Assembly (NCBI GenBank): GCA_030141605.1
Contig: JAQGDQ010000136.1
Span: 372,001 to 436,000 of the forward strand
DNA from: Tubiluchus corallicola
Lineage: Eukaryota; Animalia; Priapulida
DNA length: 64,000 nt
Direction: 5' to 3'
Shown: positions 12,801 through 27,800 of the stretch, piece by piece
How the letters are laid out: every line of letters begins with the position of its first letter
Numbering within the stretch: the first letter of the stretch is position 1
Made by a program: the position numbers and the translations under genes
Notes under the pieces: model-generated
Told to the model about the DNA's origin: nothing
What the model saw: only the letters and a program-made list of their open reading frames with translations
The model's database searches: none

Positions 12801-15800
12801 CCAGAACACTTAACGCAACATAGTTTGTTATGAACTATACGTTACAACGCAAGTCAAATTACACTTTTGTTGATCATTTAACCAAGAGTTGAATTTTACA
12901 AATAACGTAAAGAAGAGGGGACTGAAAATAGAACCCAGCCGTACACCGACAGTAAACATGTTGAAGACGCTAGGACCCATGATATCCCAATTTGTCGTTT
13001 TTTACCCAAAAACAAATTTATCACGCCAGTTTTTGGCAGACACATTTGCTTTAAAAGAAGTAACGAGGCTAAACACCAGAAGTATGGCTAAAGAAAATGA
13101 GATATTACAACACTAGTAAAGAACTGTACAAATTTTCGACCATCAAACGATATACTTAACACACAGTCACTAATGTAACTATGACAAGACAGCGGTCCAG
13201 TGCATTATTGACACAAAAACATGGTCAGTCTTCCACCGAAACTCGAACTTGAGCTAAACTTTCACTGAAGAGTATAAACATCCAGCTTGTACATATAATG
13301 TAAACATTCGCGGCGGAGGAATTCAAACTCACGAGAGAATTTTCACGATTCCGGAAGCCAACTAATCACCCAACTACCAAATGATCGCGTCTTCCCCCAA
13401 CAAAGCTGACGATCATAATGAGAGACTGGTGGCTGTACAAAGATAACGGCACTGCCTCAAACAATTATTTATTTGCTTTGGACGCGGTGAAATCGCGCGT
13501 TAACGTGCCTCTGACTCTAACAGACTGACACACAACACATCACATGAGCTAGTGCACAAAGCTAGGCAGATTGCAAGCGCCTGGCTTCAATAATTAATAA
13601 CTGGGCTGCTCCCTTGGCGCACACACGTTCGCTTACAGCTACCGGTTAGTAGTAAACGGCACAGATGTGGTTAATTCATGCACATTCTTCCCCTACACAG
13701 ACAGTCATACGGGTTGGGTGGTGAGTTCCACAATTTGGTAACCATATTGAGAAAAATGGCCTAGCGTTTCCTAAGTTGATACAGTGAAAGCTAGAATAAA
13801 AATAACTTCTGAAGGGATTTGGAGCATTTCATTAGCGCTTTTAACAGGAATGTTGCTAATATTTTATGATAATTATAACAGGAGATTATGTTAAGCTATC
13901 ACTTATCTCGCCAAAAATAATAGTGGCGCCACTCAATACGTGATTATAATATGGTTAATTGGCTAGTTAGCTAAATAATTTAATTCATTAAAAACTAATC
14001 ACTAAACAAAACTAACTTAACTAAAACAGTTAACCCTTTACTTAGTGCAAAATTGCAACCTTTTTGTGGAATGTAAAAGTGACAGCAGTACTTGTTCAGC
14101 ATAACAGTATATTTTAGAAGCAAAGAGTAAGTGATAAAAAATAGCTTAAACACGTTGCAAACATGAATTTCAAGCAGGGTCAATCGTATGCAGTGAAAAG
14201 TAATGCACCAGCTTAAGTCAACTCCTCTACGACTTTGTAAAGTATATAATTCACAGAAGCAATACAACACTTACTGGTAAACACGAAATCGTATTACTAG
14301 CTATAGGAACACCTGCTGGTATACGTGAACCTCTCTGTACACCTCATCTAGTAGTTCCCAGGCTTTATTAGAGTTTTAACAATCATATAAATGTCAAAAT
14401 GGTCGTAAAAATGATGGAAAGTCGACGTTTTCACAGGTTATTCATGTACTGTAATTATACGGTTGCTGTTTACAATCCACACTTGTTGTATTCTCTTGTA
14501 GTACTACTAAAATACCATCCCCAGATTTTCCTTGTGACCCCATGGGCAGGTTAGATCACATTACCATAGTGGATGTTCATTAAATCAATTAATTAATTTC
14601 GGAACTCGTCAGTCAAACTGAAACAGATTTAACCTCAATTTACATGTTACATTAGTTGCAAACTGTGCCCTAATCGAGTCAACATGGCGCCGTTAAATCA
14701 ACCATCCGCCAAGTATTAATGATCCCATTGGTGAAATTACTCTGCTTACAGCACGCATAGGGGCAATTCGCTCAAATTAGGATACCCACAACACAAATAG
14801 CAATTTAGCACAACAGTTAACTTTAAATTGAGAATTATAGAAGTATTCGTAAGAGAATAAATACAATACTATATAGTAGTTGCAGACAAGCAATCATATG
14901 AGTTAGGCTTAGGCAAGCATGTATAACCATAAAACAAATGTAAACGATATTACGATGATTACGATACAGTCAGGTTGCGCTTCTGGGAACATGGCAGGCA
15001 TTTGTCAAGAGCCATAAAACGCATCGACCGCAAACTGAATAAAATTACAACTTGCAAATCGGAAGTGCAATACTGTCAATGGTTTCCGGCAAGAGACAGC
15101 TAGGTGAAAAGGTGAGACTAAATTGCAGACAAAAAGACGGACACAGTTACGTAATAACGCGCCGATAACCCGGTGTAATGGTTTTATTGCTTTCACAATC
15201 AGAATGAAGTTAATTAACTAACAGTGGAGTGCAGATTTTCACAATACTATTATACTGTGGCAGGGACACTTATTGAGTATATATTCACCGATTCAGGTGA
15301 CAAAGACCCAGCTCGGGATAGCTAGTGCAAGTTTTGGAAATCAATTTAAATAAAATCTCAACAAATTATGTTTAAGCCAGAATTATACGTGCTTAGAAAT
15401 AATAATTTCATAAAGATGAAGCTTAGTTCTGGAATACACGATTCTCAAAATGGCAATGTCTATAATAATTGTAGGGCTGTAGGCAATACGAACACTCAAT
15501 GAAAACTGTCCCCAACCGAGGTACTTGTCAAACCTGCAACGGAAATATTTACATCAATGCCCTTTAAGCTAATGAGAGTACTTAATGCAGAGGCAGGTGT
15601 GAGTGAAAAGGCTTTCAGGAATATCGATTTAAATTGGAGCCATCGCACAAAGGCAAAATCGAGAACTGAATCTCTCACAGAGTAGTACCAAACAGTAGTG
15701 AATACAAAATTATGGTAAAGTATGACGAGCTGATTACACTAAATTCCGTAATAAGATGTTATAAAGACTGACGACCAAATTTCAGCACATTATTTATTAT

Positions 15801-18800
15801 TGTCTGTCACCGTTTAAACCCATATAACTCATTACACTGTTTTCTGACAAATTAAAATATTTACGAGTGATCAGTTTAAAAATATGGAATATATGGAAGA
15901 TACTCTATATTGGAAACATCAGAACCACACAAAATTTATGAAGCTAGAAGCCATCTCAATAATCTTAATGATCCATCTCAATAATCTTAATGATCAGTTA
16001 ACACCAATGATAACATCGTCATTCCTGTGGGCTTTTTAGTTGCATCTCAACAAAATTGTTCACAATACCATGCAAAGAATCAAATGGTATCATCGAACAA
16101 ATCGCATCACGAAATATTACTGATCAGATAATGGCGATTCACTTATAAATCACGGCACTCACGAACACGAATCTTTGGGCGAGATTGTGATTCCGAACAC
16201 AATGCATACAGGTCGCAGATACTTCCACAAACCTTTGCACAAAATTCCACGCACGGCAACAACAAGAACAACTACTACTACACTGCCCTGATCAGCAAAT
16301 TTCTCATAAAAGACTGGACAGTGAATATTACTGCATCATAATCTGGCAGCAGACTCATGAGTATTGAGCACACGCACACAGAATGTGTATTCACGCGTAG
16401 GTGGAGCTGAGCATTCGGAGAGAAAGGGGTGAAACGTGCGTGGTAAGGAGAGGAACTTGTAACGTAACTCGTTTTGGGTAAACATTGGGTAAAATGTGTT
16501 TTTTGTTTTTAAATTTTAAGTTAAATTGAGCATCAAACAGGGAAAAGCTAGCTTGATGAGCTCGAAACTGGGCTCATAATACTGAAAAACAATACAAAAG
16601 TATACTTGTCTAATTTGGTATAAACTATACAATAATAGTTTGGAATGAAATATTATTTGAATTAACACGACAGTTACAACAGGACCCTGTAGCCATAAAC
16701 AGATGGCATACGAAACCTATACAACAGTCATACTCTACAAGGCGAAAATCTTTGTTGTTTTTTTCAAAGTTCTCGTAGCTTCTAATGAAAGCTTTAGGCT
16801 GCGCAGTTTTTGCTTGGGTTAGTGCGTTTGTAATTACTGCGCTATGCTGCAGCTCCCTTCATAACCCTTAAAAAATAATTGGTCACGCAGGGAGAACATC
16901 CGCTGCTCTTCAAAGATAAAGATAGATCTGCTACTGAACTGACAACATCTGGTGACATTAACCTCAACGGGGGGGGGGCAGAAGAAGAGGAGATTTAAAA
17001 GCAAGTACTACTAAAACTAAAATTAATCCGCAAGTCGCCTAATCTTAAGACGTTGTTGACAAGAGTGTTTGTCAAAAGGTCTTAGGTTCAAATCCAGATC
17101 CATACTTCATGTCTTTTCATCGCTTTTAACGTTTAAATTTCTTTAAAAAAAATTGAAAACCATTGTGGGTTCATTCTATCATTTACTGGTAAGTGTTCAC
17201 TGATTTGCTAACAGATGCTAAAAAAGTTGGACACCATACCTATCTCGTAGCCTTGTGATTTATTTCAAGACGCAAACGCATTCTTATTCATGGAAAGCGA
17301 AAGAATTAGAGTAAAAGCTGACAAAACAGAGTGATTTTCAAAGAAAAGGCTGGCCAAATACCCAGTGTTTACAAAATCCACTTAGTATTCTGCATAATGT
17401 TTACAGCAGAATCATGGAAAAAAGTTTAAATGTTTGCAAAAAACCGCAGCACCCAAAGCTGAGTCAACATAAATTAAGTTCAATGTTTTCACACAAACTG
17501 GCCTAAATTTGTTGTCATTAGTAGACGCGTTCAGGTTTTAAACGGCGTAAAAACTCAAACAAAAACATCATTAGTGTATTTAATGCTCTGCTGCTGCTAT
17601 TGTTGTCGTTGTCATCAATGTTGTTGCAGCTACTGCTGTTATTGATGAAGACTGTTGACACACAGTATTTACTTTTGACACCATAAATTAATGTTGCGAC
17701 AACAATCTGTCGTTTTGCCTTCATATTTCCATGTTGATTATCGTGTTACTTTAATGTTTAAACAGTAATTAACTTTTTTATTTAAAAGAAATTAATATGT
17801 ATTTCCTTTACAAAAATGTAATCCAGTAGGCTACTGATTTCTATAGACATTTTACAATAAAAAATTGCTATTTCAGAAAGTTCTCCAACACCTTTTTAAT
17901 GGTCTTCGTTTTAGTTATGACCACCTTTTTCCGACGTTTCCACTTTTTCCCTTTCTATTAGTTATTTACAGCATTTATGTTATTTGACACTATTATTATG
18001 GGAAAAAATAAAAAGAATAAAATAAATAAATCTGAATCTACGATACCCATAGCCGTTTTCGGCTTTCAATAAACTGGCAATTTTCTGTCTATTAAATCTG
18101 GAACAGCCTTGAAACAGAACTCGTTTAAGCAAATTAGACCGATAAGCTACAGCTAATAAGTGAAAGTTTACATGGAAACGGCAGAAATCGCACCATGTCG
18201 AGAATCAAATAATCGAGCCTTTACAAATCACTTAACAATGGAGCCAATCCGGAGCCCTGAGGCACTCCAGCTAGATAGGTAACTTTTCAAAGGAAATTTC
18301 GGCAAACGAAATGTAATTTAAGCGAAAAAATTATAGAGCTATAAATGTGCATGTAATCATTATCCCGCTTGAGAATGTTTATTTAACATATGTATTTAAA
18401 AATCATTCTTTAAGTCTGAAGGCCAGACTCAAGATCACCTTTAAAATCGTCATTTATTACCTAACTAAGCTTTAACAGCTTGTAAGTTCTATAAGCATTT
18501 ATATCGCATATAGTTGGGCATTAAATCTATTTTCTCCGATTGTTATTGCAATCAGAGACTAATGTATAAAGTGAGTAATTATGTGCCCCTCTCATATCAG
18601 CATATTTTCCATGGGGAATTAGCGGATGACTCACTTAGCACAGCTCCACTAATACTGGTTCTCTCTGGCTTCACAACTGCATTATTTGTTTGTCGGCTTA
18701 ATTAAAATTTATCGCCGCGGCTAGCTAAAAAAACTGAATCAGTGCGGCAGATATATGTGCAACAAATTAATAAACACTATTATTAAGCTGAAACACTGGA

Positions 18801-21800
18801 ATTCAAGTGTAAAATGCTTGGTTGCTTTTTTCGCCTACCTATGTTGATTTGTTTATCTGCAAGCTACAAAGAAGCACTGAGTCACGTCTGGGTGAAATAA
18901 GCGGTACTGTTGATAATTAAAAAGTTTTGATTAATTTTAGGCACTATTTACACGTGTTTTAAGTACTGACCAAAGCACCTAAATATACACTAAAAATAAA
19001 CTAAACAAGACAAGTGCTCCTATGCATCCTAGGAAAATTTTGTCAGAATACCAAGAAAAATACAGAAAGTTTTCGTATAAGAATAGTGTCATTTTGGACC
19101 TTGCGAGAGGAGTCACCTATTAAACCAATTAGTACCAATCGTTGAGGAATTTTCAACCAACACTCACTCACATTACACTCCTCGCACAAAGTCCACTGTT
19201 CTCGACATGCTTAATGGCAGATGAGACATTGCTTCAACACAATGCTACCCAGTTATAACGACCACAGTTGACATCTTCCCAGCAGATGGCTGGGCACTTG
19301 GAGAAAGATGATTGATGAGAATGAGTATACCCATCTCCATAGCAACCGCGAAGAAAGCTAGGGTGCTCTTATTATGCTTGTACTGAAACAACAAGGCATA
19401 AGGGCATTCTCGATTTGAAAACTTGCTATTTTTTTCCTGAAATTGCAGTCAGTTTCATACAAATTTAAATGGACAAACTTCCTATAAACTGTCTAGAATT
19501 AAATCAAATCACTGACGAAAACACTGCGAGCACAGCGTGCAACAACAACCCTACTTTTCCAACTGTTCTGTTGACTCAAATGAGCTGCTCTTTACAACGC
19601 AGAAGGATGTGCCAGCGATAAACCTAGTGCGAACTATTCCTGCAAGATGGCAGCAGCTGCCAATAATGCTGAGGTGATATTCATAGTAGTATCTATATCG
19701 CTGTTATAGCACTTATACAATGCACACTTACTGAAATAAAAGTGAAAGTTAGCACAGTTCTACACACTAAAAGCTTATACAGTAGCTTTATTCAAGTTCC
19801 ACTCTACACACACAATATCAAAACCAAAATGCAGAGCTCCCTGATGCTTAACAACGCGACTGTATATAATGCCAACATGATGAAGCATTTTCTATGGCGC
19901 TTTTCATTGCGATTAAAAATTAATATTTAATATGCCTGGCGCCCAATTGTTCAATAGAAAACTTTACTTTCACGCAGACTTTTGAGGGACTGCTTAGTAC
20001 TTATTAATAAAGCGTTCAAGTAACGTTGTTCAAATAACGTTCAACCAATCGTTCGTTTTAATTAGCTCGTCACAAAATAGATTACTCTATAGCTACTCTG
20101 CACAAAAAACAAAGAGAAAAGCTTAAATGGCACCATATTTAAACCAAAAATTGGAAAAACAGTGTACTGTGAGACAGTGTGCGTTGCTTTTTAAACACTA
20201 TGATTTTTCTACTGATGTGCAAGCTATTCAAAACTACAACGGATATTGCTATAATCAGAAGTATACTCAAGACAATACACATCATTTACACCACGCCAGT
20301 TTGCAGTCATCACGACAGTACTAGGGTTTCGGCGATACACTATCTATGTCTGTTTAAATCAAGGGTAAAACTGTGCTACAATATAAAAAAACTATATTAC
20401 TAGTGTATTTACAAGTCATTAAGAAGTTTTGAAAAGTTTCGAAAGCATAAACAGAACAGAACCTACCATCCTCGTTTCATTTCTGGAAACATTCTTCGAA
20501 TGTACATCCTGTCGATGAACATGTTGCCGGTGCGATATCGGTTGTCCCATGATGAACGATTCTTGCCTGGCTTGGCCAACAATGTCATAAAATCCGGTTG
20601 CTTTATAACCATAATTGTCATGCTTTACATGTAGTTTACTAGGAATTACTGGACAGTGATTACTATGAAACGTCTGACCAGGTGTTCTGCATCAAATACA
20701 AGCAGCAGCTTATTTTACACAATTTGTAAAAACACGAAGTCCAAAAACACAGCCTTGTAGAACACCAGAAGTAAGATAGCAATAGATAGAAAGAACTAAA
20801 TTTTCTTATATATAGCCATGTTCTCGTTTGCTGAGCAATTTCACAGATTCCTTTTTATGTGGCACTATCGCCGAACAAAGAATGCTATCAAATCATAATC
20901 ATATTTGTCCGTAACGATAACCATACAAAATACTGTTTACGATGCACAATATAGATAATTGAATAAGCACTTAGTCTGTAAGAAGCATCCACATCAAACC
21001 ATTTCTGCCGTTTTCTAGACAATGTTGTAGTAGAATATTTTTGGTAAGCTGCTTCATAAGCAGCAGAACTATGATAATTCAAGTAGCTTTAGTAACAGTG
21101 TGGTTTCAACGGTATCTTTAGGCTAATGAAAGCAAGAACAAAAAATAAGTAATTAGGCATTCCTGAATGAAAATAAAAAAGACCACTCGATAAAATAAGA
21201 ATAAGGGATTCTGTAGCATTATAATGAACAAAATCACTACTTCTAACTCACACAAAATATTCACAGTAAGATTTATAACGTTTCAAAATATACACTAGTA
21301 GTACTAGTGTGTATATACTAGTATAGGGTGACAAAGAACTGGTTAATAATTTTTTCATTGCAAACTTTGATTCTGTTTTTCTTTGTGTAACACACAGCTG
21401 CTTCCGAATTCCAACAACAGTGAAACTGAGTAACCTATACGCACTACTGCCTCTAAATTCAAACTGTAGCGAAATTATGCAAAATTGCACAACCAGCCAA
21501 TCTTCAGACGACAATCGCTGAAAGTGTTAGCCGAAAATCTATAGAAAATCCCCCAGCGACCATTTCAGGCGCCTGACGGACACTAAACTGAAGCCTGCCA
21601 CTAAGTTCAGCAGCTATCATAGTAATTCCTTATCACTGGGTTCTATTGTTCTAGGCTTTAACAGCAGGCCGCAGTCTCGTCACACAGTAATTAACTTCTA
21701 AAGCTTCTCAGTATCAGCTGCTTATACGTCTCAATTACGCTTGAATCCTTTCATATTCGAGCGCTATCCATATCCAGCCTTAAGCTACAGTTTTACACTA

Positions 21801-24800
21801 CAGTTCAGTTTCTAAGCTCACGAAAAAGCTGAAACAAAACTAGCAACAAATTACGTACATTCATTCGTACGTTACTGGCACACGCGTGGTGATAAAGCCT
21901 ACAGGTGAACTGAAGCAGGTGAAAAGGTAATGAAAATAGGAAAACTGCTTATGATAGAAACATCCTTGATACTGTGATCCAGTTAAAGATGTTGCTAGTC
22001 ATTTGCTACCACGACAACAGGACAGCCCTCCATCAAATGGACTGATCAAATCTTGTATTGGCAGCTGGCATGGAATAACAATGTAATGTTTGCCTGGTGA
22101 TTAACTCAGCAAAATAAAGAATGCAAGCTTGCTTGCCAGCAGTATTGCACTACTTGCCCCAATGCAGACAATGGCAGGCAAACCTCACAAGGGAAATTGC
22201 CGAAAATTAGTCTCAATTTCAGTCAGATAAGGCTCGTCTAATATCATAAATTACTACGATATAGATTGAAGTCACTACAAATTAATAACACGGATGACGC
22301 CACTAAACTTACTATAAGTGCATGTGAAAAAAGAGGAGAAAAGTGCAGCAAATATTTTAAAAATGATATTTTTGACTTTGAGAAGAACTAAAACGACAAG
22401 AGAAAAGCGAGAAAGTAAAGCGCCGATTGAGACATTAATACGATAGCAATAGACTAATAATATCAATTATGAAAATGGAAACAAGATTTGGACCTGGTGA
22501 AACTATCCAAAGAAAAAGTACGCAGAAAAATACTTCAGCAGAAAATAACATTAAAACAAACGCTCATATAAAAAAAAACACAGACAAAATAAGTAGGAAA
22601 ACTATCGGCAAAACTAACTGCTAACGATCTTTTTTTAATGAAAACTAAAATGTACAACAAAAAAATCCACCCATTTAAAATATTAACAATTCACGTCGTA
22701 CATAAATTATAATTCACGATGCACGTTAAACAGCGAAAACACTTCCATAAAACCGTAATTTCACTGAAGCTTTTCAGGATCGCGCAGTCGTAAGCCAAAT
22801 ATGGCAACATCAAAAACTGTCAATAACTGGGGACCCAACTGACAGCACGCAAACAGAGAAAGGCTCAATTATTTCTACACGGCCGCATCATGGTTTATCG
22901 ATTCGTGCTGGCTGACCATTAGAGGGTGTGTGTCATTTCGATCACAAACCGATGCATCATAATAACATAATATGCAAATGCGGTGCGCTACTGAATGGTC
23001 AAGTTTAAGTATTCAACGATGCATTAAGTAGATAGACCGATGGCCAATGAAGCGTGGTACAGGTGTTCAGGACATGTTCATCAATAGGGCTTATTTTCAT
23101 CCATTCTCATAAATAGAATCATGGGTAATACACAGTGCAGGTAGGCCTATTAGCATTGTTCCTCGCCAGTTACTCCGACAATGTGGCTTCCCATTGTATG
23201 AAACGACAGATAAGCAAAATCAACGACTTGGCAGCAAATTTTACGGTCCATTTTCGTTTTTTTAGCAATTACATATGGATAACGCAATATTGTGTTATTA
23301 CTTCGAAGGCACGTATAACTATCGAAACGCCACGACTAGCAAAAAAATCTGTTTTGTTTACAAACACAACACTTCAGTAGGTACCATTAATATATCAGAC
23401 TGGAACGAGAAGCACTGGTAACTGAACACAGTATCCCACAACCGAAACCCTAACAATGAGTATACTGCTCAGGAAAAAACAACACTACGCCTGCACGCCA
23501 GTCATTAACGACACAGTGAACACTGTAACACATTTTTGAGCGCGCGACCACCAACTTATTAATGAAGTGCGAGGGAAGCCCAAAAACACATGGCAAAGCT
23601 TTTAAGCTTCGTGACCCTAGCCACCCTGCAGGGAGCACCATGCACGCCCAGACGTTTTTTCCGGGCGTGATCAATTTGTACGCAGGGGGGTGGTCAGTGT
23701 CTAAAAGATGAGTAGACATTTAAAGCAGTACAAATTCGATAGATTTTAGTAAACGTGCTTTATACATAACCAACTGCTAGTCGTGCGTACTCACAAAGCT
23801 ATGTGCCCAGGCTCTATCACCTACACAGTCCAGATCTACACGGTTAATCTTAGCACTTCTGCACACAAACTGAGCACTGTGAAGAATTAATACCTCGCAT
23901 GGAAGCAGTTTACAGTCTTACAAAACCCATGAGAGCTAAATCAACTAATAAAACCTAGTTGTAAAACCAGCAAAAACATCGAGAAATGTTTGTTGACTAA
24001 GTCGCTTGTTTCCAGGGGGCAGAATGATAGGCTTCCTATACGGCAACTGTTGCATCAAAGTTATTTCGGCCTAACCATAATTATAATAATAATAATAGAG
24101 TGGTTTAGAAATAAATAAGGGAAACCGCTTTCTGATGCACCAAAAAAAATATAAACCTAAATCCAAGTCTGAATTTCAGCATTCACAACAAACTATACAA
24201 AAATAGTAACAAAAGTTAGACACCTTTGAGTAACTAACACTAAGTCTATAGATCTGGCCGAAATATTGCCATTTGCACCATTTAATAACTGCCTACGTCG
24301 CACACCCACACACAGTTGAACACACACATAATGAGCAAATGAAAGTTAGCAACTACATGTTTACTCAATAAACATAGGCTGTACTGCACTGTTAGACAAA
24401 GTGAATAATGACAATGTTGGGAACAGTAAATTATTTGCCCAATAATAAACATCGGGATGTCTGAATTTAATTTCGCCAAACTCAGCACTAATTTCAACGT
24501 CACAAATTTGCAATAAAACTTGCGATATGGACGAAAATGAAAAACGATCGACTGGGCAAACAACAAACAAATTCGTTTCTGCGCACCCTGGCGGCTGATG
24601 GACAACTGACTTCATACTTAGTAATTAGCAGGCTTGACGGCTTTGTTACGAAAGGTTGTTACTACTCAGCATTGTATTACCATCACCATCGAAAATGATA
24701 AACACTACCACTTTAAAGGTGACACAACTAGTGCCATCTTTCGCTAAAATTCTGATATACAGACTATCCCACAGATTCTATATTGTCACTAATTTTGCAG

Positions 24801-27800
24801 GGTTTATTTTTAAATTTACTACTGTTTCAAACAGTGTTCCTAGCCAGGATCCACAAGCAGCTTACCTTCAACTTCTCTCTTGTTATTTTCAGGGTTCTGA
24901 CAGACACACAGACAGGAAACTAACAGGGCCAAACACTTGTGTCAACACTTGCTGTATATCCTAGTTACGGCGTGCAATTGCGCCCTAATGCAAAACAGCA
25001 GTTTTTTATTCTTAATTTTAACTGCTGCAAAGATCTGTGGAACGAGGAAGAAAAGTAGTAATTTGCCGTAGCTAAGCATTCGACGAAACTTCGTAAGAAT
25101 TCATCTAAGCTGTGCAATTTATAGACAACACGACGGCCTTTTGCCTACTTGCCCATCTATTTACTGACCAGGTTCCACCCTGCTAATCTTCGGTCGATGT
25201 TTTCGTACAAACGCAGCCTAAGGCAATGTACAAAAGCCATTTACTATTGGTAGACAATGTACAGAATTATTGGCTTCGCTGACCAATGGCTGAATAAAGT
25301 GGGCAGCGAATTAGTCTATCTCAGACTAGGAAAAACCATTACAGACCACCGAGACGACCACTTAGTGGCTTCAGGGCTCCTAGATTGATTGCCTACAACA
25401 GCAATTGACAGAAATCGATACAAAGAACCAGATTCAATTACAACAGGTCTGATCTGCTTTCTTTGCCAAAATTTTATTAAAATTCAACTGTTGTGCAATT
25501 TGTACATGTATTACTGATAAATACATATAAATTTAGAGCAGAAGATGGGCAAACGAACAAAACCTTGTAGACAATTTAAGTAAGACAAAAAGAGAGAAAA
25601 CCTGAAACAGGAAAGCCAACCTTACAGGCTACAATGGATCTAGTAGTTTTTAGGCCAAACGCTTATATTACCACATGACAGACAGTTATCTGTTTTCATA
25701 ATTACTTGTACATTTCAAACTACATGTATGTACACAGAAGTATTATTAACCCTTTCTATTATGGTATATTTGTGTGCCTAAAAAGCAAACAAAGCACAAT
25801 TTAATTAACTAGATTTGCTGCCCTGTCTAAGACACTTAAATTCAGGTTAAAATTAGAAAGTAACAATTTTGCATTGTTACTATTAGTTTGGAAGTTATAA
25901 AAAGATATTAAGTAGAATGTGTAGGAAAAGACAAGATATATAGTATTCCAACACAAAATTTCGCATCTACTTTAACTATTTTTAAATTTTTGCCAATTAT
26001 GGGCTGTATAGTTATGGACCTCAATTCTAACTAATTGCTGATGTTTATCATGTTTAAGGAAATGGTACAGTTTACTATTTGCTCCAACATAAATTAACAA
26101 GACTGCAAAAGTGGTGAGCATATTAAGCGAAAAGTATCGAGTATGATAAAGAAAAAAAATGACAAAATGTGCCCATATTAAAGCTTATTGTGACGTTATC
26201 GATTGATTGTTTTAAAAGACTGGAAGAAACAGCAACATCCTAACCTAAGGAGGCTGCGAGAAGTACCAATCAAAGCAAAAGACAGTAATGAATCAAAGAG
26301 GCCAATTAGAGTTCAGATTAATGATGAATCCGGTCATTAATTGGCACTTTAAAGAACTGTGATCAAACAGAATTAATAAAATTACGTAGGTCAACCATTG
26401 TATGACTGTCTTCAATGTCACCAGTTTTCTTTTACAATTTGTCCTGTCAAGTGAAATATTTCAATGACACATTTGAATGTTATTTTCAATATTTAAAACT
26501 TGAATTTAGAAGAATTTTAGCTAATAATTGGTTGTACGATTTCTCAAAATTCACTGTGGCAATGCGGCAAGACAGTTATGACAGCAACAGTGACTCCAAT
26601 GAAATATGACAAATTTTTTGTATTTGAAGATTTTTACTTTTCCAAACGGCTGTTTTATTATAGTTTTCTATAAACGACGCACCTTTTTGTGAGTGTGTTA
26701 TCTTTGAGATTTAAATTCACTCCACTTGTCCTAACACCAGTCTTTCACCTGCCTATCATAGAAGTTAAGCTCTCACATTTTTAAAGAGCAAGTAGTTTTG
26801 CATAGGGCTAAAATTTCTTTTCCTGCACTAAATGTTGCTTTTTCTATTGTAGGAGAACTTCAACCACTACATGTAAAAATTTCCAATGAAGAAATCTGCA
26901 TGAGACATTTGCATTAATGACTACCACAAAACTATTTGATGAATGCTAAGATAATTTAACAAACTGATAAATCAAAAGCTACAGTATCACACCTCACACC
27001 TAGGTACATGAGTGGTATGATAAAAATTACTTGAAAGGATAACACTATTAAGAAATCAAACAAATACTACCTCTCCAACTACCCTCCAGTGTAAAACAAA
27101 CAAGAAAAGGAACTTGATTTCAACAGCCATAACTAAAAAACGGAGGAAAATTTTTGACAGAAGTCATTCCATCTGGTCGGCAAACCCAGAGTAAGATGAA
27201 ACCCAATTTGTTAGAACTGTAACATAAACAAAGTAAATAGCAAACATCAGCTACCCTAAATCCCTGGAATCAGGGAATATGAAGCCAGTTATAAAGTGCG
27301 TTGTTTGTTATGCTTTCATCAAGATGTGGATCTTGTGGTCAGTACTAGCCAGCCTAATGGTCTAGATGAAAGTAGGACACTGCAGGGTGATAATTAAGAT
27401 CGACGAAAGGGAAAAACAATAAACACAAGTTATTAGCAGTTTTAGCACACCGGGCTTACATCGAAGAAACAGCTCATTTATGCACAATTGAACTGTATAT
27501 GAAGCAACCTACTTAACTAAAGTTATATATGACAAAACACTGTCTTCTGCCCCATATCTCTCCCCTCTGGATGGAAACAGGTCACAAGTTGATATAGTAA
27601 CACAAAAAAGTAGTGAAATGAAAAAATCAAAAACTTGAAAATTTTAATTAGTAAAATCAAATCTTGAAATTTAATTAGTTTGTCTCCAGATGCTAAACTT
27701 CTATAATAATAGCTATTCTAATGTGTCAGATTTAGAAAAATACTTTTTTACAAACATTTTCTTAGAAAGATCAAAACGTTCAGGTTTTACATGATACCAA

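Noticed and set aside
14275-14390. gtaagt donor preceded by [12 protein letters not shown] (another KPG)
   Set aside because: Stops in all three frames before the donor; at best a decayed or non-coding exon.
17075-17100. B-box GGTTCAAATCC as a tRNA gene
   Set aside because: No cloverleaf or clear A-box; probably a SINE remnant.
22189-22247. 19-codon phase-2 [22 protein letters not shown]
   Set aside because: Weak Kozak context and weak donor (CTT|gtgagg); mentioned only as a minor candidate.
27065-27100. LHWR-like reading near a gtagta donor
   Set aside because: No acceptor gives a frame-preserving exon.
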